A DNA stretch of 64,000 bases from Laetmonice hystrix (Eukaryota), in assembly GCA_965235115.1 (NCBI GenBank), contig OZ249452.1, positions 9,114,001 to 9,178,000 of the forward strand. Direction: 5' to 3'. Of the stretch, positions 23,274 to 38,200 are shown piece by piece. The notes under the pieces are model-generated. The model saw nothing but the letters and a program-made list of their open reading frames with translations. It was not told the DNA's origin and ran no database searches. How positions within the stretch are numbered: position 1 is the stretch's first letter; each line of letters opens with the position of its first letter. A program made the translations under genes and the position numbers.

Positions 23274-26216
23274 TCGGCTGCTAATAACAGAAATAGCTGA
23301 TAGAAACTTTGAATCGTATCCTACCCGCCGCCATCTTTGATTAAGGTATCGCGCGGTACCTTAATCACAACATGTAGAATCTCCTGCACTGCGGAGAGGA
23401 CATGTTGATCACGTAACTGCGGTCAAGTAGTGAGATTGCCAATTATAACCAGAATGACTTTACCAAGTTATGCAACAGCATTATACATGTCCGTCCCTAA
23501 GCTGCAGGAACTATCCATTATTATACATGACATAAGAATGCATTGTTCTCAATGTACAGCTTATTACACTGGGTTATGTAATGCCTGTTAAGCCTACAAA
23601 TTGCATAATGCGTCTCTATACCATGAAAGGTTACTCCTGAAGTCATGGTTTTACTTATTTCTCCCCTGAATCTGCATCTACTCATTATGTGGGTGGAGGA
23701 AAAGATGCCACATGTCAAAGAAAATCGCCCTGCTATATAGTGTTAGAGGCATTTATCAACCAATCCAAAAGTACAACAAATATTTCATTTATAGCCCCAA
23801 TGTTCATACGGCCAACCTATAACCAAATCTAAGAAAGTTGAGAATGTAAACAATATTGAGCGCATAAACTTGCTCTAGGTGCATATATATATAAGTCCCC
23901 ACTCCAGCGACTGTCATAATATGGCGTGGAGCCAAGTAGAGTGTTTGGTATGAGATCACAATGTATTTGGTATCACTACATGGTTCTAATTCAGTTTGAG
24001 GGCCACCAACCCGTCTCTCCCTGGCACTTGGAGTATAGAATGGCTATAGAAACGGGGGTCGTCTTTCCCCAAGAAAGTTGAGTAAAAATGTTACATAATG
24101 CTAGCAGTATACTTTCTGCCATTTCAAATAGGCACTTTTTGGTTTAGGGAAGAAGGAAGAACCTATAGGCTATACGTTGTTTAACCAGATCATGTATGCA
24201 GCTATAGGCAATGTGCCTATTGATTTCAAACAACATTTTCATTTAGACATGAAACTCAGTTTTTATCTTTGGGGGGTTGGGGGGGGGGGGGTCCCTCGGT
24301 CCCTACCAATAAACACCCCTGTCGAGAAGCCGAGAACCGACGAGGGTATGTGAGCGTGAGACGCTGCATGCAGCAGACGTCCTCAAACGGATTTTGAAAC
24401 CGAGCAGACGACAATCGTGTCCAAACGGAAGAGCGGGAAGAGCGGCGTTCGGCGGGCATTGGACGGGGACGGTTTGTAGTACGTACGGACGGCGCCCCAA
24501 CCGGACGGACGGACTGGAGCGGCCTTCAGACCCACCCACCCAACCCTCCACCACTACTGGAGGGTCCTAGCTCTGCCCTTCCCTTCATATCCTGTGCTTT
24601 CTCCAGTGAAGACAACCAGGTATATACATGTACTCGGATAGCCGGGCCATGGAGACGGGCCCCGCTAGGCGGCCAGGAGGACGGTTGACGGTCTAGGACG
24701 TGCTGTGCACAGGAGCCCCTGTGACGAGGCAGCCATACGAACGTATAGTACATTCGTACGTGCAGGGTGCGATCTGGATCCTCCCGTACCCGTACGTGGT
24801 AGCCGTGGCTGCTGCTGCCTCTAGTCATCAGCCATGTTTGTAGGATAAGCCTAGATCTGTAGTTAAAGTGGTCAAGGCGTTGGTCATATCGGCTGGCGTG
24901 AGTGACTTGGACATGACGGCAATGGGTTGGCTTCAGTGTCACTGCTAGAACACCATCCCCAGTCACGTTCTACTGTGGACTGCACTACTACCAGCTCCAC
25001 TGGAAGCAATATCTGACGCTGCAGGAGGATCAGCAGCAGCATCAGCAGCACACCCAGCAGGAGCAGCAGCTGCAGCAGCATCATCAGCATCACCAGTGTA
25101 GTATGGAAGACGCTTGGGCCTCATCGCGTAGCGCCGATTGGCCTGCTGCTGCTGCTGCTGCTGCTGTTGTACGCGGCGTGGCGGCAGCGGTGGCGCAGCG
25201 ATCGACATCGTGAAGAGAAAGCGACCGGCGCCTACCTATCTACCTACCCACCTACCTACCTACCAACCGAAGTCAGCCACGGCACACGGCGCTAGCAGAG
25301 CCATGGTCAAATATATCGGCAGACCGGGCCGGCCTCGCCGTCACGATACCACGTCCCTGACCGGCCCCAATCGCCGACACCCACCTTCCCCAAGGACGAC
25401 TATTACTACAGTTCACCCTGGAATGACCATACGGGAAATATGGCCGAACAACGACGGCGTTTGGGAAGGGCGACAATATAGGGGGTAAATCCAGGGGGCC
25501 GCGGGTGGCGCCTGTGTGCATGGAAGAAGCAATGGCGGCGCCAAGCACATCCCAACCCTTCTCTGTGGTGCATGAATTGGAAAGGAGACCCACTGGCGGC
25601 GACGGCGCGGGGCCTAGCTTCTGTCATTGTGCTGTGTTCTAGAGTGGTGGTTTTCTATCCGCATTGGGTGCCGCTTAATACCGATGGAGACGTGATGAAG
25701 AGCGATCCCAGGAGACACCAGTTTCGTCATGTTATGTCGCTGTGTGTGTGACCAAAAGGAATACTCATACCCATCCATGCAACGCTACCACTGCGAGTGA
25801 TCGTCGAATCGCCTGGATTCCATGGGTCCATTTTCATCGTCTGATGTCATGTTCACGAGCAACTGGGTCTAAAGTGGTTAGAGGCTTGCGTCTAGGTTAG
25901 CCCATTAGACCTGCGATTGAATGTGCTGTGCTGCTTTTTTTTTATACAGGAGATAGTGGTGTATCTGTCTACGTGTTAGAGCATATAACAGGCCGAAGCC
26001 CTCTCTACTGGAAGGAGGGTAGATCGGCGAAGAAGGCTCAAGGGTTATATATAATATATTGTTGATTGATCACCACCTCGGTGTCGCCTTGCCGTTGTGG
26101 CTCCGTGGTTGTGAAGCCAAGGCAGACGACCTAAACGTCTGTCGAAGGTCTCTTCCTCTCAGTCCCCTTCTCAGCACACCGGCCCGGCGCCTTGGCCGCC
26201 ATCTTTCATCTCAAAC

Positions 26217-29200
26217 ATGGAGGCTGTGTTGTGGTCAGTACGAGTGCTCCTGTACGCGCTGTACTCTGCCTACCTGACCACCTGTAGCCTGACCTGGAAG
26301 AACGCTTTCCTCAGTGGGGACTCCACGGCAGCAGCGGGAGGTGATTTCACCAGCGACAGGCTGGCCGCGTCCAGGAATTTTTATAGACAAAACCGGGCCT
26401 CGGGGGGAAGGTGGGTTTCTGGGAAGCGAGAAGTGGGGGAAGGATGGGGAAGAGGTGCAGATAGCAACGCCTCCTCCTTCCCCTTCTCTTCTTCCTCCTC
26501 ATCCTCTACATCAGCCGTGGCCAACAATAATGCCAACGGTATCTACTCTAGACGTTTACCCAGTGGAGAAACATCCACAGATTTTAAGTTAGCTGGATTG
26601 CTTTCTAAACGTGACGCGACGGCCTCTAGTCTGCACGAGTTGGCCAGTCGTGATCCAATATCAGTTGTGCTAAAAGTAATCGAACAGACACGACGGCAAG
26701 GAAACTGCACACGTCCTATTCCATTGAAACACTATAATAAAATTTCCAAAAGTTCTTTTGACCAATTTCACGCTCAAACCCTGAGCGCTCTTAAGACAGC
26801 GAACATATTGAATAACCTGTTCCGACCATGGGAGTCCAAGTCCTCATCCAGTAGTCTATACAATGACGCCTTTTATTATTCCTTGGTGCGTGCATTGATA
26901 GAACACGACGACACCATCATCGGCGGCGCCATAGCCTTTGACCCTCAGCAGTATAACGGAGGAGACTTCTGTCCCTCGATATACAGGGACAAGAGAAACC
27001 GCCATCTCCACGCCGAAAACCTCGCGACCAGCAGCAAGTCAAAATACTATGCTAATGGTACCGAAGGGTACGAATGGTTTGTCAAGCAAAGGAACGACAA
27101 TTTCTCGAGAATATTGTGGGGTCATTTGAACTTATGCGACCCCCTTAAAATCAAGAGGCTCCTTGAAAAAACGGTCACGGAGCGCGTGGTCGAGACAACG
27201 GAAGCGGAAGGCAAGTGGACCGCACCGTACTACGACTGCACAGGGAGCCACACGTGGAAGGTCACGTACTCCGTGCCCTTCTTTGGGTGCAGGTCAAAAA
27301 ACCAACTTCAGTTCAAGTAAGTATCTTCAAAACCAAAACAGTTCGATTTTTGATGGCATGTAGGTTTCTGATTTCAGTGTAGAATTATAAGTATAATGTT
27401 AGGGATAACAGTAAGTAGTCCTATGTATGAATCATAGCACTTTATAATAGAGCTTTAGTCAACCCCTTACTTTCTGAAATCGGGACAAGAAGCCATTGAA
27501 CGACCAGCTTCTTGTAGTCTCTCCCATGGTGGGAAAGAGGTGTCCTGGAAGACCAGGATTTTTTTGAGTACTAAAAAGCATCAAGGAGAAATTCACATTC
27601 AAGTCACTTTCAAGGCTCGCTAAACTCAGTTAATATTGTTGCATCGACTATACCATTGGCATCCATAGATCTAGTCTTTTGTTGCTCAGTTTCCTGGATT
27701 CTAACAAAGCTTCTGACATCTACATAATTCCATATTAAAGAAAGGATTCTTACATTGGATTGAATGGCATTTACTTGCATACTTTTAACTGCCCTAATAG
27801 AAGTTCACGCCCCCCTTGGGCACCCAATGGCCATTCCCTAACAGTCGTGCTGTACAATTCAGTGGCGAATTCAGATGGCCCACCCGCTCCACCCCCTATT
27901 TTCCAGAAAAAAAGACAGAAGAGAGGGAGAAGAGAGAGGAAAGGGGAAGAGAATAAATGAATGGTCTGAGGCATAGGAGAAATTTTCTGGAGCCCCCCCC
28001 CCCCCGGAAAATGGGCCACCTATTATACCGCAAAAGATGGGCCCCCCACCTTTCCTGAAATCCTGGATCCGCCAAATTTATATTTAGGATATACGAAAGC
28101 CTTCTCTTATAATATAGCATCTGTAGCCAGTCCTCTATTGTCGAAGTTCTATAGTCCAATATGCCATTTCGTCTGCAAGGAAACAGCAAACAAAGAATCG
28201 CCATTGTGGCTTTCAAGTTATGAATACGCTGACACAATTACTTTTGGTCTGTAAACTGTTAAGAATTTAGAAAAAAAGTAGAGTGGTAACAATTGCGCCG
28301 TTCTTACTTTTGAAGGACTAAACAAAAGGTTTTATTGAGACATGTGGGCCCAGTATTAACATTTAGGCTTTCTTTTAAGTTAGTGCAATGTATTTTGACG
28401 TGTGTAATATATCGCCCGCATATCGAAAATGTAAGTGAAAAAGGCAATACGAACACGCAGGCTCTCACACGTGTGTACAGAGGGTGCAGGTCAGGCTATA
28501 GATCTCACATTCCCCGCGCTGTGTATGTTATATTGATGATATCGATCTATAAAACAGAAATAATCAGCATGAACCCGACACCCCTGACCCACGCCAGCCA
28601 GCCGACCAATGTTACGCTGTGAATTGGGTGTGAGGTCAACTCGCTACAGGTTCAAGGCCGTTTGTGGTCGGATCGATACAACACCTGGTGTGATGGGCCG
28701 TCTACTTTCTAATTACGTGTCGATATAGAGTTTACATAGCCTGGGGTCAGGTCATGGCCCAATGCCAAGTCAAATATTAGGACTGATGTCTGTTTCAACC
28801 AAGAATTCCCGATTAATNNNNNNNNNNNNNNNNNNNNNNNNNNNNNNNNNNNNNNNNNNNNNNNNNNNNNNNNNNNNNNNNNNNNNNNNNNNNNNNNNNN
28901 NNNNNNNNNNNNNNNNNNNNNNNNNNNNNNNNNNNNNNNNNNNNNNNNNNNNNNNNNNNNNNNNNNNNNNNNNNNNNNNNNNNNNNNNAGGGAATGTCAA
29001 TTAGGCCTATATTTAATATGGTGTAACTATGTAAAACAGTAAAACTTTGAATAGGCCTGATACTTAATGCACACTGTAAAAAACAGCTGGGTATTTTTAC
29101 AGTTAATTTAACTGGCGTCCCAGCTGCCAGTTATAATAACTGTAATTAAACAGGCAAAATGCGTAAATTGGACGGAAACATTTGTAATTTTATGGCATTT

Positions 29201-32200
29201 TTATTTGTAAAGTAAAAAGATTACTGCGTTATTTTACAGATAACTACTGTAAAATAAAATTTTGTCTGTTATTTTACGAATATTTTTTACAGTGCACAAC
29301 TAATCATTATTTGATAGGTATATTGATTATTATAGGCCCATAGTGTTCTTTGGTGACCTTTGAATATTGCATAACTTTTCCCCATTATGATGGCTTCCAC
29401 CTATTGGGTATTGCACAAGTTATCCACTAGATCTAGTGCATAAAGCACGCATTTACCGTGATATTCCTAGGCCATATCCAATTAGGCCTACATCAAACAG
29501 GCTTATTAGGAGATTCTCAGACGCAAGGAAACTTTCAAGTATTGGAAAATTCTGGAAATAAAGTCCGACTCCTTGAAACTCCTTGCAAAATTTAAAAAAA
29601 ATATTTGGTTTATAAGTCTATGTACAGCTAATGGTTAGATTCCTGTACGCTTGAAATATGTCATGAAAAATGCGTTGAGTGTTTTGTTTTTGGAGATTAT
29701 AGCCTACTTACAGCAACAGCAGTGCCAGTAATTATGGAGAACAAAATCATATCCACATGTTAAAGTTTTGCTCTTCCTGAGAAACCTATGAACCCTCATG
29801 ACTTTAAGAACTTTGATAGAATTACTGGGGACTATGTAAACTTGGTTTAAAATCATAAAGTCGGAAGTGTTTGAATGTCAGTAGTAGGCCTACTACAACA
29901 GCATGGGTTCTGCTCGTACAGTGTGGTGTGAAGCTCAGGTTTTTATTGTAGTCCAGTTAAACATCGTTAACCCCTATCTGCTTAACTCACAGCTGATTAA
30001 TTACCAGAAATCGTTATTAACTAGGGTTGGTTAAAACCCATCTTACTAAGCGTCTAAGGTCTAGTTAGTAGCGTGACGTATAGGGAACGGTCTGGGGAGG
30101 GGGTGCCGCTAACGTTGTAACCTTGTCTGGTTGTCGCCTTGGCGACGGCCTACTTTACCAGCTATATCCGGGCGTTAATAACCATGTTTAGTAAGACGGG
30201 GCCCTGGGCTTGCTTAAATATTTGTTACTAAAGAAGGTGGCCAAACGAACCTCTTCACAAACTGCCATTGTCCACCCATTGCGAGTTCATCTGTTCAAGG
30301 TCTACACCATGCTATATAGGGCCTATGTTTTGGTTGTATGACGTCATAGAAGCCATCGACCCCGGCTAAATTTGCACTATTAGGCCTAGATCTATACTTG
30401 GTAATCGAAAAATCCCTGTGGTATTAAAATCCTCCTAAAAGTTTCCAAGTGACAGACTTGTATTGCCTAACTACATAATTTTATTTGGCCCAAACGATTA
30501 TAAGGATGAGTTTTATTTATTGAAATGATTTCCACCTTTAAAGGGCCGTAACTGATTCCAGGTATATAGTTCAAGTGATAAATAAATACTGAACAGGTTA
30601 AATTATAAATTATAGACTCGAAAAGTAATACAGCATCACTTAGCTGTGGAATTCAGTCTTAAACTTTCAGCCCCTGATGCTTTCCCAGGAACATTTAGCA
30701 TTTGAGATGAAAATAGCACTAGCTACCTGGCAAGATACCTCGATTGGAGGGGGTAGGGGGTCTAGTATAGGTTTATTAAAAACAACAGAGCCAGTATTCT
30801 CGTCGTATAGGCCTACCTCCTCATGTACTTTGTATGTCAGCATGTAAAAGGTCAACTATTATAGTAGTAGGCTAGTAGTAGTTTATTGACCAGAGAAGAA
30901 TTACTATATACATCATCCGGCGCGAAATCTAGTCCAAAATAACAGAATGTGAGACTGGTGAAGACCGAAGAAGTGTGCTACATGAAAACAACATAATGGA
31001 TGAACCAGCAGGGCCGTGCCCAGGGGGGGGGGGGGGTGTCCCCCCCCGTATGCCAAAGATTTCTTTTTTTAGGCTTTTTAGGTCCTAACTTATACTTGGA
31101 TCCATCCATTGTAACCCGCCCTGCACCAATCTTTGGGCACGGCCCTGACCAGGAACCTACGAGTTTATGCAAGTAAATCTCCTCTAGAAATGAGCACAAG
31201 GCGATATTTCATATATTTAGTAACTTTAGCAATGCCTGGAGGTTTAGGGTTCAGCATGGTCAATTGAGAAAGTTTTATGGGGGGGATCAAAACTGGTTGC
31301 CAAGGGGGTGGGGTTTACCCCCTAACCCCCCCCCCCCCCCCGCGTCCGCCACTGTGAGCCATGCAATGTTCCCTTTTTCTCATGACGCTTTCTGAATTAT
31401 GCTGTACTCCTTTTTGTCAGATTCCCACAATCCCGGATTCGCCCTCACATAGGCCCTACCAAATGTTCCTCAATCCGAACGTATTTTATTTAGTTTCTCT
31501 ACAGTTCAATGATTCAGTAAGGGTTCGAACATTATTCGTTGGCACCAAGATGTCAAGATTAACGAGGTTGGTTTTAATTATCGCGAATCCTACATTTTAA
31601 TAAATTCAGAAATATAAGTAAAGTCACAGATTCCTTTGGTGAAGTAAGTATATACAATCCAAGGTTATTTGGGTAAGTATATAATATATATAATCCCAGG
31701 CGTTGTATATTAACAAAAGTCAAGTAACAAAAAACATTGCGTTATAATTAATAGGAACTTGACATGATATTTACAGACGTTATGCGATCGCTGAACATCG
31801 CTAAATAGTACAGAGATAACGATGTCTATAAATAGCCTCCACGAAGATGAAACCTTTTGTCATGCTGATTAGTCATCCAACGTAGATATTGGCCATTTGA
31901 ACGCAAAACACTACTAAAGAGATAGTCAGGTCAAATTAAGGAATTATAAATTCTATCTTGACCTTAAACGCCTTTGATTTCAAGTGCATCTTGTGAAGAA
32001 ACACTAATTGCCCTTCGATGTCTGCTGATTGCGGACTCTTTGCCTAAAGACTGAAAAGCCTTTTGACTATAACCAATAATGGCGGAGGATGCAACACCAG
32101 GTAAATTCTGTCTCACAGCATGTAGACCAACTGTCAGGAGGGAAATATATTAGAATTCGTTTTTACAAAACTACTTTACCATCTGTTTTGAACGAGTTTA

Positions 32201-35200
32201 GAATTTTTATTGAGCAAGTGTTTGAGCAGTGTTTGAGCAATTTCAAAATTTCAAGAAAGGGGAGGCTCGTAGGAAATTCCCCTACATTCGACTAATGCAC
32301 GCAGTACTTTCATATTTAGGGCAATCCCTACGAACCTCACCTCCCAGATAACGTTCGGTCCGAACGGTAATGGGTCGGCCAGTTGTAACTTCATTTTTCT
32401 ATACTTCACTCATCGTTCAAACGAAATTTTAAGATGGCGATGGCAAGGGTAAAGGGTAACTTTCTGAGGACATTTATCTGCAGCTTTAAAGTCGTGTGAT
32501 GTGCATCATAAAACTACCTGAAATTGTTCTCTCGTTTTACACACCTAATTGTTCAGCTCTTATTTGCAACAAAAAATATAAATATAGGGATTGCATGTAG
32601 GGAATGCATTATAGATCTATACGTGAGGTTTACATTTTGGCCTGAGAATACATTTTAGATAAGTAAACCTCACATTGTGGCCGGAGAATACATTATAGAT
32701 ACATACGCTTTACCTTTTGGTCTGGGAATACATTATAGATACATTTTGGCCTAGGAATACATTATAGATACATACGCTTTACATTTTGGCCTAGGAATAC
32801 ATTATAGATACATACGCTTTACATTTTGGCCTGGGAATATATTACAGATATATACGCTTTACATTTTGGTCAGGGAATACATTATAGATACTGTACATAA
32901 GCCTTACATTTTGGCCTGGGAATACATTATAGATACTGTACATAAGCTTTACATGTTGGCCTAGGAATACATTATAGATACATACGCTTTACATTTTGGT
33001 CTGGGAATACATTATAGATACATAAGCCTTACATTTTGGCCTGGGAATAAATTATAGATACTGTACATAAGCTTTACATTTTGGCCTAGGAATACATTAT
33101 AGATACATACGCTTTACATTTTGGCCTGGGAATACATTATAGATACATAAGCGTTACATTTTGGCCTGGGAATACATTATAGATACTGTACATAAGCTTT
33201 ACATTTTGGCCTGGGAATACAATTATAGATGCATAAGCCTTACATTTTGGTCTGGGAATACATTATAGATACATAAGCCTTACATTTTGGCCTGGGAATA
33301 CACATGATGTAATTTTTTGACACAACTTGATTATCATCACACACCACTATCAAATATATTCAGACTCGTTTTTCCGTAACACTATCGTAACTACATCGAG
33401 AAAAATTGATTTAATCGTATTGAAATCGTACTGTACAGTATGTCCCCAAAAATGATAGTCTGTGTTCCATTGTTAAAAAGAGATACTGGTTGTGATCAGT
33501 AATGCGTGACCCTGTCAACACCAAACTTGCTGAGAGTTATCTAGGGGGATCAAACTTTATGTTCAACTTCAAAATTCAAAATTCAAAATTCGACAATCCT
33601 CTAAAATATCTCAGTGTATTGCACACCTAAAGTTAGACTATCTTTTTTGAGGACATACTGTATAAACATAAATAGTATTTGAATATGCTTTATCTCACAA
33701 AACATTCTATCATGGTTGTTACGGTTTAAGGGCAATGTCTCATATACTCCCCCCCCCCCCATAATCATGGAGTATCAATATACATGTATTGGTGTTGGTC
33801 CATGGTATGTGTAATGAAGAATGATGAATATTCAGTCGTGATTGTTATAATAATGAGTTGTATAATATCGTAATACATAATACGAGGATCAATATATAAT
33901 CCAGAACATTCTCCAATAACTTCCAGTTTGATTTATACCCACCATTAATTTGGCTGTATATCATTAATATTTTGTGTAAAGGAAAGTGTAAGAAAATTCC
34001 CGAAAGGCAATTTTTAAAATTTAATCATCTAATCATTTTATAATATGTGGAAAAGTAGGCACACCTAAATTGATATAGACATGTTGGAAAGCATCTGTTT
34101 GTAGTATTGCCAAGTGTTCAGGGTATATTGCATAACCTCCAGGCAGTGACCTATTTAATAGAGAGTAATGCACTATATGCACCCCCTGATTTACCGATGA
34201 TGCGTTGCTATCTTGCATAAGAACCTTTCCCTGCAGAAAGCGCTCGTAATGACCGGTTGGTGTGTTTTGATAGATTATAATTTAGAAATTGGTATATCAG
34301 AACAAATTGGGGAATCGCCCTGTCCGAACCTCGTCCAGGGTCTTGGCTCTGTAGGCCGATATATACAGACGCAGGTGGTTTACTGATGGCAGCTTGGATT
34401 ATAACCCCATCCACCGTACGATCCTCCCACGCATCTCCTCCCCCCTCCCTCACTCCCCCGCCGTATGCACTCGTAGCAAACAGCAGCTGCAGCAGCGACA
34501 GCAGCAGCAGCTGCAGCGCACGACGTCACAGCCTCCCACGCCTTTCCAAGGCTACCTGTATAAGAACTGACCAGTCCAAGGTCAAACAAAACAATATGCA
34601 TCCGGGTCACGTGTGTTTTCTTGACCTACACCGTCCTTACACACAGGTGATTTATTTATAACAAAACGGACAGAAAAAACAAACGATGACAGAGGAGAAA
34701 ATTATAATAAACGGAAGATAATGCAAAAAGACGTTGCGGAAGTGCCTTCTCTCAGTATCTGCCAAAATAACTCTCTCCATTTAGGCCTATATGTCTGTTA
34801 TTTACTAGTTTACAGAATGCCAAACGACATTGCATTCACGTGACCTTAGCAATGCGAGGAGAGAGCCAAGCAGTAAACTGTAACTCGATTGATTTTTCCG
34901 CTTTCAACAAAGCAATATCATCCATGACCAACAAGGTTATGAAAATGCCTCTAATGTCAACATCTTTGTTGTTGGTATTTACACGTCGGGCTGATCTATA
35001 TAAAAATGACCAATGCCCGTCGTCTGCCAAACGGCCACCATCTTAGTTATTTCCCGCCATTGCAGGCAGTGAGAGTCGCTCAGAGAAGAGCAATGGAAGC
35101 AGCAGGCCGCTGCATTCCCGCTCCGGCATACACACACAAACGGTGTCGTCTGGCTTTCTGTGACGTCATAGTCGAAGCGATTATTTGGGTGTTATTGAGG

Positions 35201-38200
35201 TTCAAGTCGCGGGTCAGCGGTGGTAACTAATGGCCAGCCAGCCATCGACTGACGCTGCCTGCGTCCATAGGTATGCGGAGACGTGGCAAGGGCGACCGCC
35301 GCTCCCTGTACAGTATTATTTGAATATCTTATTTGGGGTCTCTTGAATTATTAAACAGGGTCGGCACAGCATTGCGTATGCCTCTGTCGCTGGGTGGCGT
35401 GCGAGACTAGGGATCGGTTCCTGCGGACGTTGTCTGCTGGTTACCAATTGGAAGTTATACACGTTGTTGTGGGTTGAGGTAGCATCACTCCACCAATGAC
35501 AAAGTGACCACATAACCAGCCAGCGTTCATGTTTCTATGAGCCTGCCATATGGTCCATAACAGTCCATGTACATGGCCAGGTTCATTGCTATCACATAAA
35601 TGAATATATCTTTGTGTTTTATTGGCCTTCCATTGGTGGAATGACAATATCTAAAGACAAGATGTAAATGACTTTTAGTAGGGATGCCATTGCCTACTAT
35701 CGAAACCCTACTTTAATGTGAATGCATAGCTTTATTTTAAACGTGTCCTCTTGTATTCCTACAATGCCATGCAGCTGTGAATATGACTTTCACAACGTAG
35801 GCCCTACTTCCGACCAAGGAGTCGACTTGCCCGCGGTCTGAAATGAAAATCACACACGCACACAATAAGGAGAGAGCACCATTCATCACAGTATTCGTGT
35901 AGAAGCCGAACCGATCCAGTCAATATTCCCTCCGATTTTTCCTCAATCTTGTCTGGAGAATTAGGTCGGTACACATCAACATCCTCCAGCGTTACAAACC
36001 GAACCTCCCCGAGCTTTACCGAGAGTCTCCGAGCGGAGAGCAGCTCGCCAGTTGACGGAATCCGTTTGGCTTGAGATCTCTCTCGGAGCGCGGCGCTCAG
36101 CGGGAGCCTCGGTTCCAGACCGAGGCTCTGTGCTGTGTTGTCTGGGGCGGCAGCGGGCAGCAGCAGCAGAAGCAGCACATTATTTATGATAGTGAACCTC
36201 AAATAACGCCACAGCAGACGTGGTTTAAGCATTGTCTCTTTCATTGGAGGCTTCTTGGCAGAGGAGACAGTACGTTCTGGATTCTCATACTTCACTCCCC
36301 CATCTGTTGTCACAATAAACATAGGGAACAGAACGGAGCTTTATGTAATGTACTTCCGAATTGTGCAATTAAAGACGGGAATCAGCCCATGAAGACTTGT
36401 AGGTCTTCAGTTTGGCTAGCCTACATATGAAATCAGCTACAGGAGCTGAGTGAATGCTTCCCCGGCAACCAACTGGGGATTCTTATAAGACTACACTCAC
36501 AAATTGGCACGCAAGGAAGGACTGTCGAGCGTGTGGGTCTGTAAGAAGCTCAGGTGTATTTGGATGAGGCGCTGGCCCAAGGGGTGGTCCAGGAGGTGGC
36601 CCAAATCGGTGGGTCGATATCCTTATAGGCCTACAGTTATAATTTGAACTCATTTCTGAGTGTGAAAATACCTTTTTCTCTCGATCCTCAAAAATAATGT
36701 CTATAAAAGAAGGTCGGGTCTTGGATCCTCTAGTGTTATGTTGATAGATGTCATCATTTTGTGGAAGGGATTACATAATTGAGGATCTAAGGAAGATAGT
36801 GAGGGAGACGAAGCATCATTTGCACCACCATCCCTTATACGTCCAATACATCTTTACCTTTCATGGTGGACTTAGGTTTGGAGGAAGGCTGACAGTCCTT
36901 GGTGTTATACCAGTTGCTGTCCTGAACTTCGAAGGGCAGGTTTACACTGAAGATTTGCCCCGGGTAATACCCGGGTCAGTGGTGGTGAGCTGTATGTGAA
37001 CGCGCTTAGCCCGGGGTAACTTATATTAGCCCAGGCCCCGGTTTTTAGTTTGCAAACCGAGTCTTAAGATTCAAATCTTAAGATGGAACTCTTGTTTCAG
37101 AGCTTCTGATTGGTCCTTCAAATGAAGTCAGCCAATGAGAGACCATAACACAAAACCGGGCCCAGGTGTGTGGTCGAGTTACCTCGGCAAGAAGGATACC
37201 CGGGTCAATTTGACCCGGGGAGACAAACTTTTAGAAGTGCCAAAAGCTAGGAAAAGCTGACTTTTCTTAAATAGAACACTTTGACCATTACGTCTCCTTT
37301 CAAGTTTTTTCAAATAGATTTTAAACATGACCGGAAGTGTGTTTTTTAAAAGGTAGAAATTTACATTGTAATCTCTTTAGCTTTTTGGCCCTTAAGTGGG
37401 CTTCATTCTTGAAACCCCAAATCACTTTTAAATTAAGAACTAAACGGATTCGCCTGGGTCTGGATCATCGGCATCAAAAGTTCAAGTCCTTTGGCTATGA
37501 TGGTATAGGTAGTCGGTGCAGCTTTATTTCCCCCCTGGCTGCCTCTGCTGTCGGAAGGCGATGGCGAGGGTCAAATGGAAATAGCCAGTAAGTCACATTT
37601 GAGACTTTCTGAGAAAATGGAGAAAAACATATTCAATCCTTAGGTACTTGCTTGCTCTTGCCATTCACATTTGCAGCGTCACGGCGGTGAAGATGATGAT
37701 GAAAGTCAGTTTTTCCTGGTCGGGGAAACCGGAGTACTCGGAGGAAACCACAGGCCTTCGGGAACTGACTGACAAAACGTTTACACATTTAAAAACCGTT
37801 TGTGGGATACCAGTGCAAAATATCTATACGATTCCTGTGTAGATAGATGCGGAATAAAATAGTAAGTTTAAGGAAACATCAAACTATTTTTTTTCAAAAA
37901 TGACCAATGAGGCCATGAATGAGGCCGTCAATGAGGCCAGACCAATAAAAACCGACGTTTATGTTTTTTCTCAAGCCGAGTTTTGGCGACGGATCTTTCT
38001 GAAGAAATAAAAAAAATCCAATTCGTCTCATTGATACTACTGGGAATGACCTATAGAATTTAGGAATAGTTTAATAGAATAGTAGAAAATAAACTGTAAA
38101 TGGCCTAGAAACAACCAAAAGGCCAACCGTTATAAACCTGGCTGTAAATGTAAAACTTGTCTGAACAAGCCGTATGTTTAAAGTATGACTGGGATTTACA

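Noticed and set aside
24884-25627. PolyQ/polyA/polyC ORFs on either strand as a separate gene
   Set aside because: Trinucleotide-driven and GC-rich, with no domain or supported splice chain; more simply the GPCR 5' region.
28762-29004. ORFs spanning 28762-29004
   Set aside because: Artefacts of the N gap.
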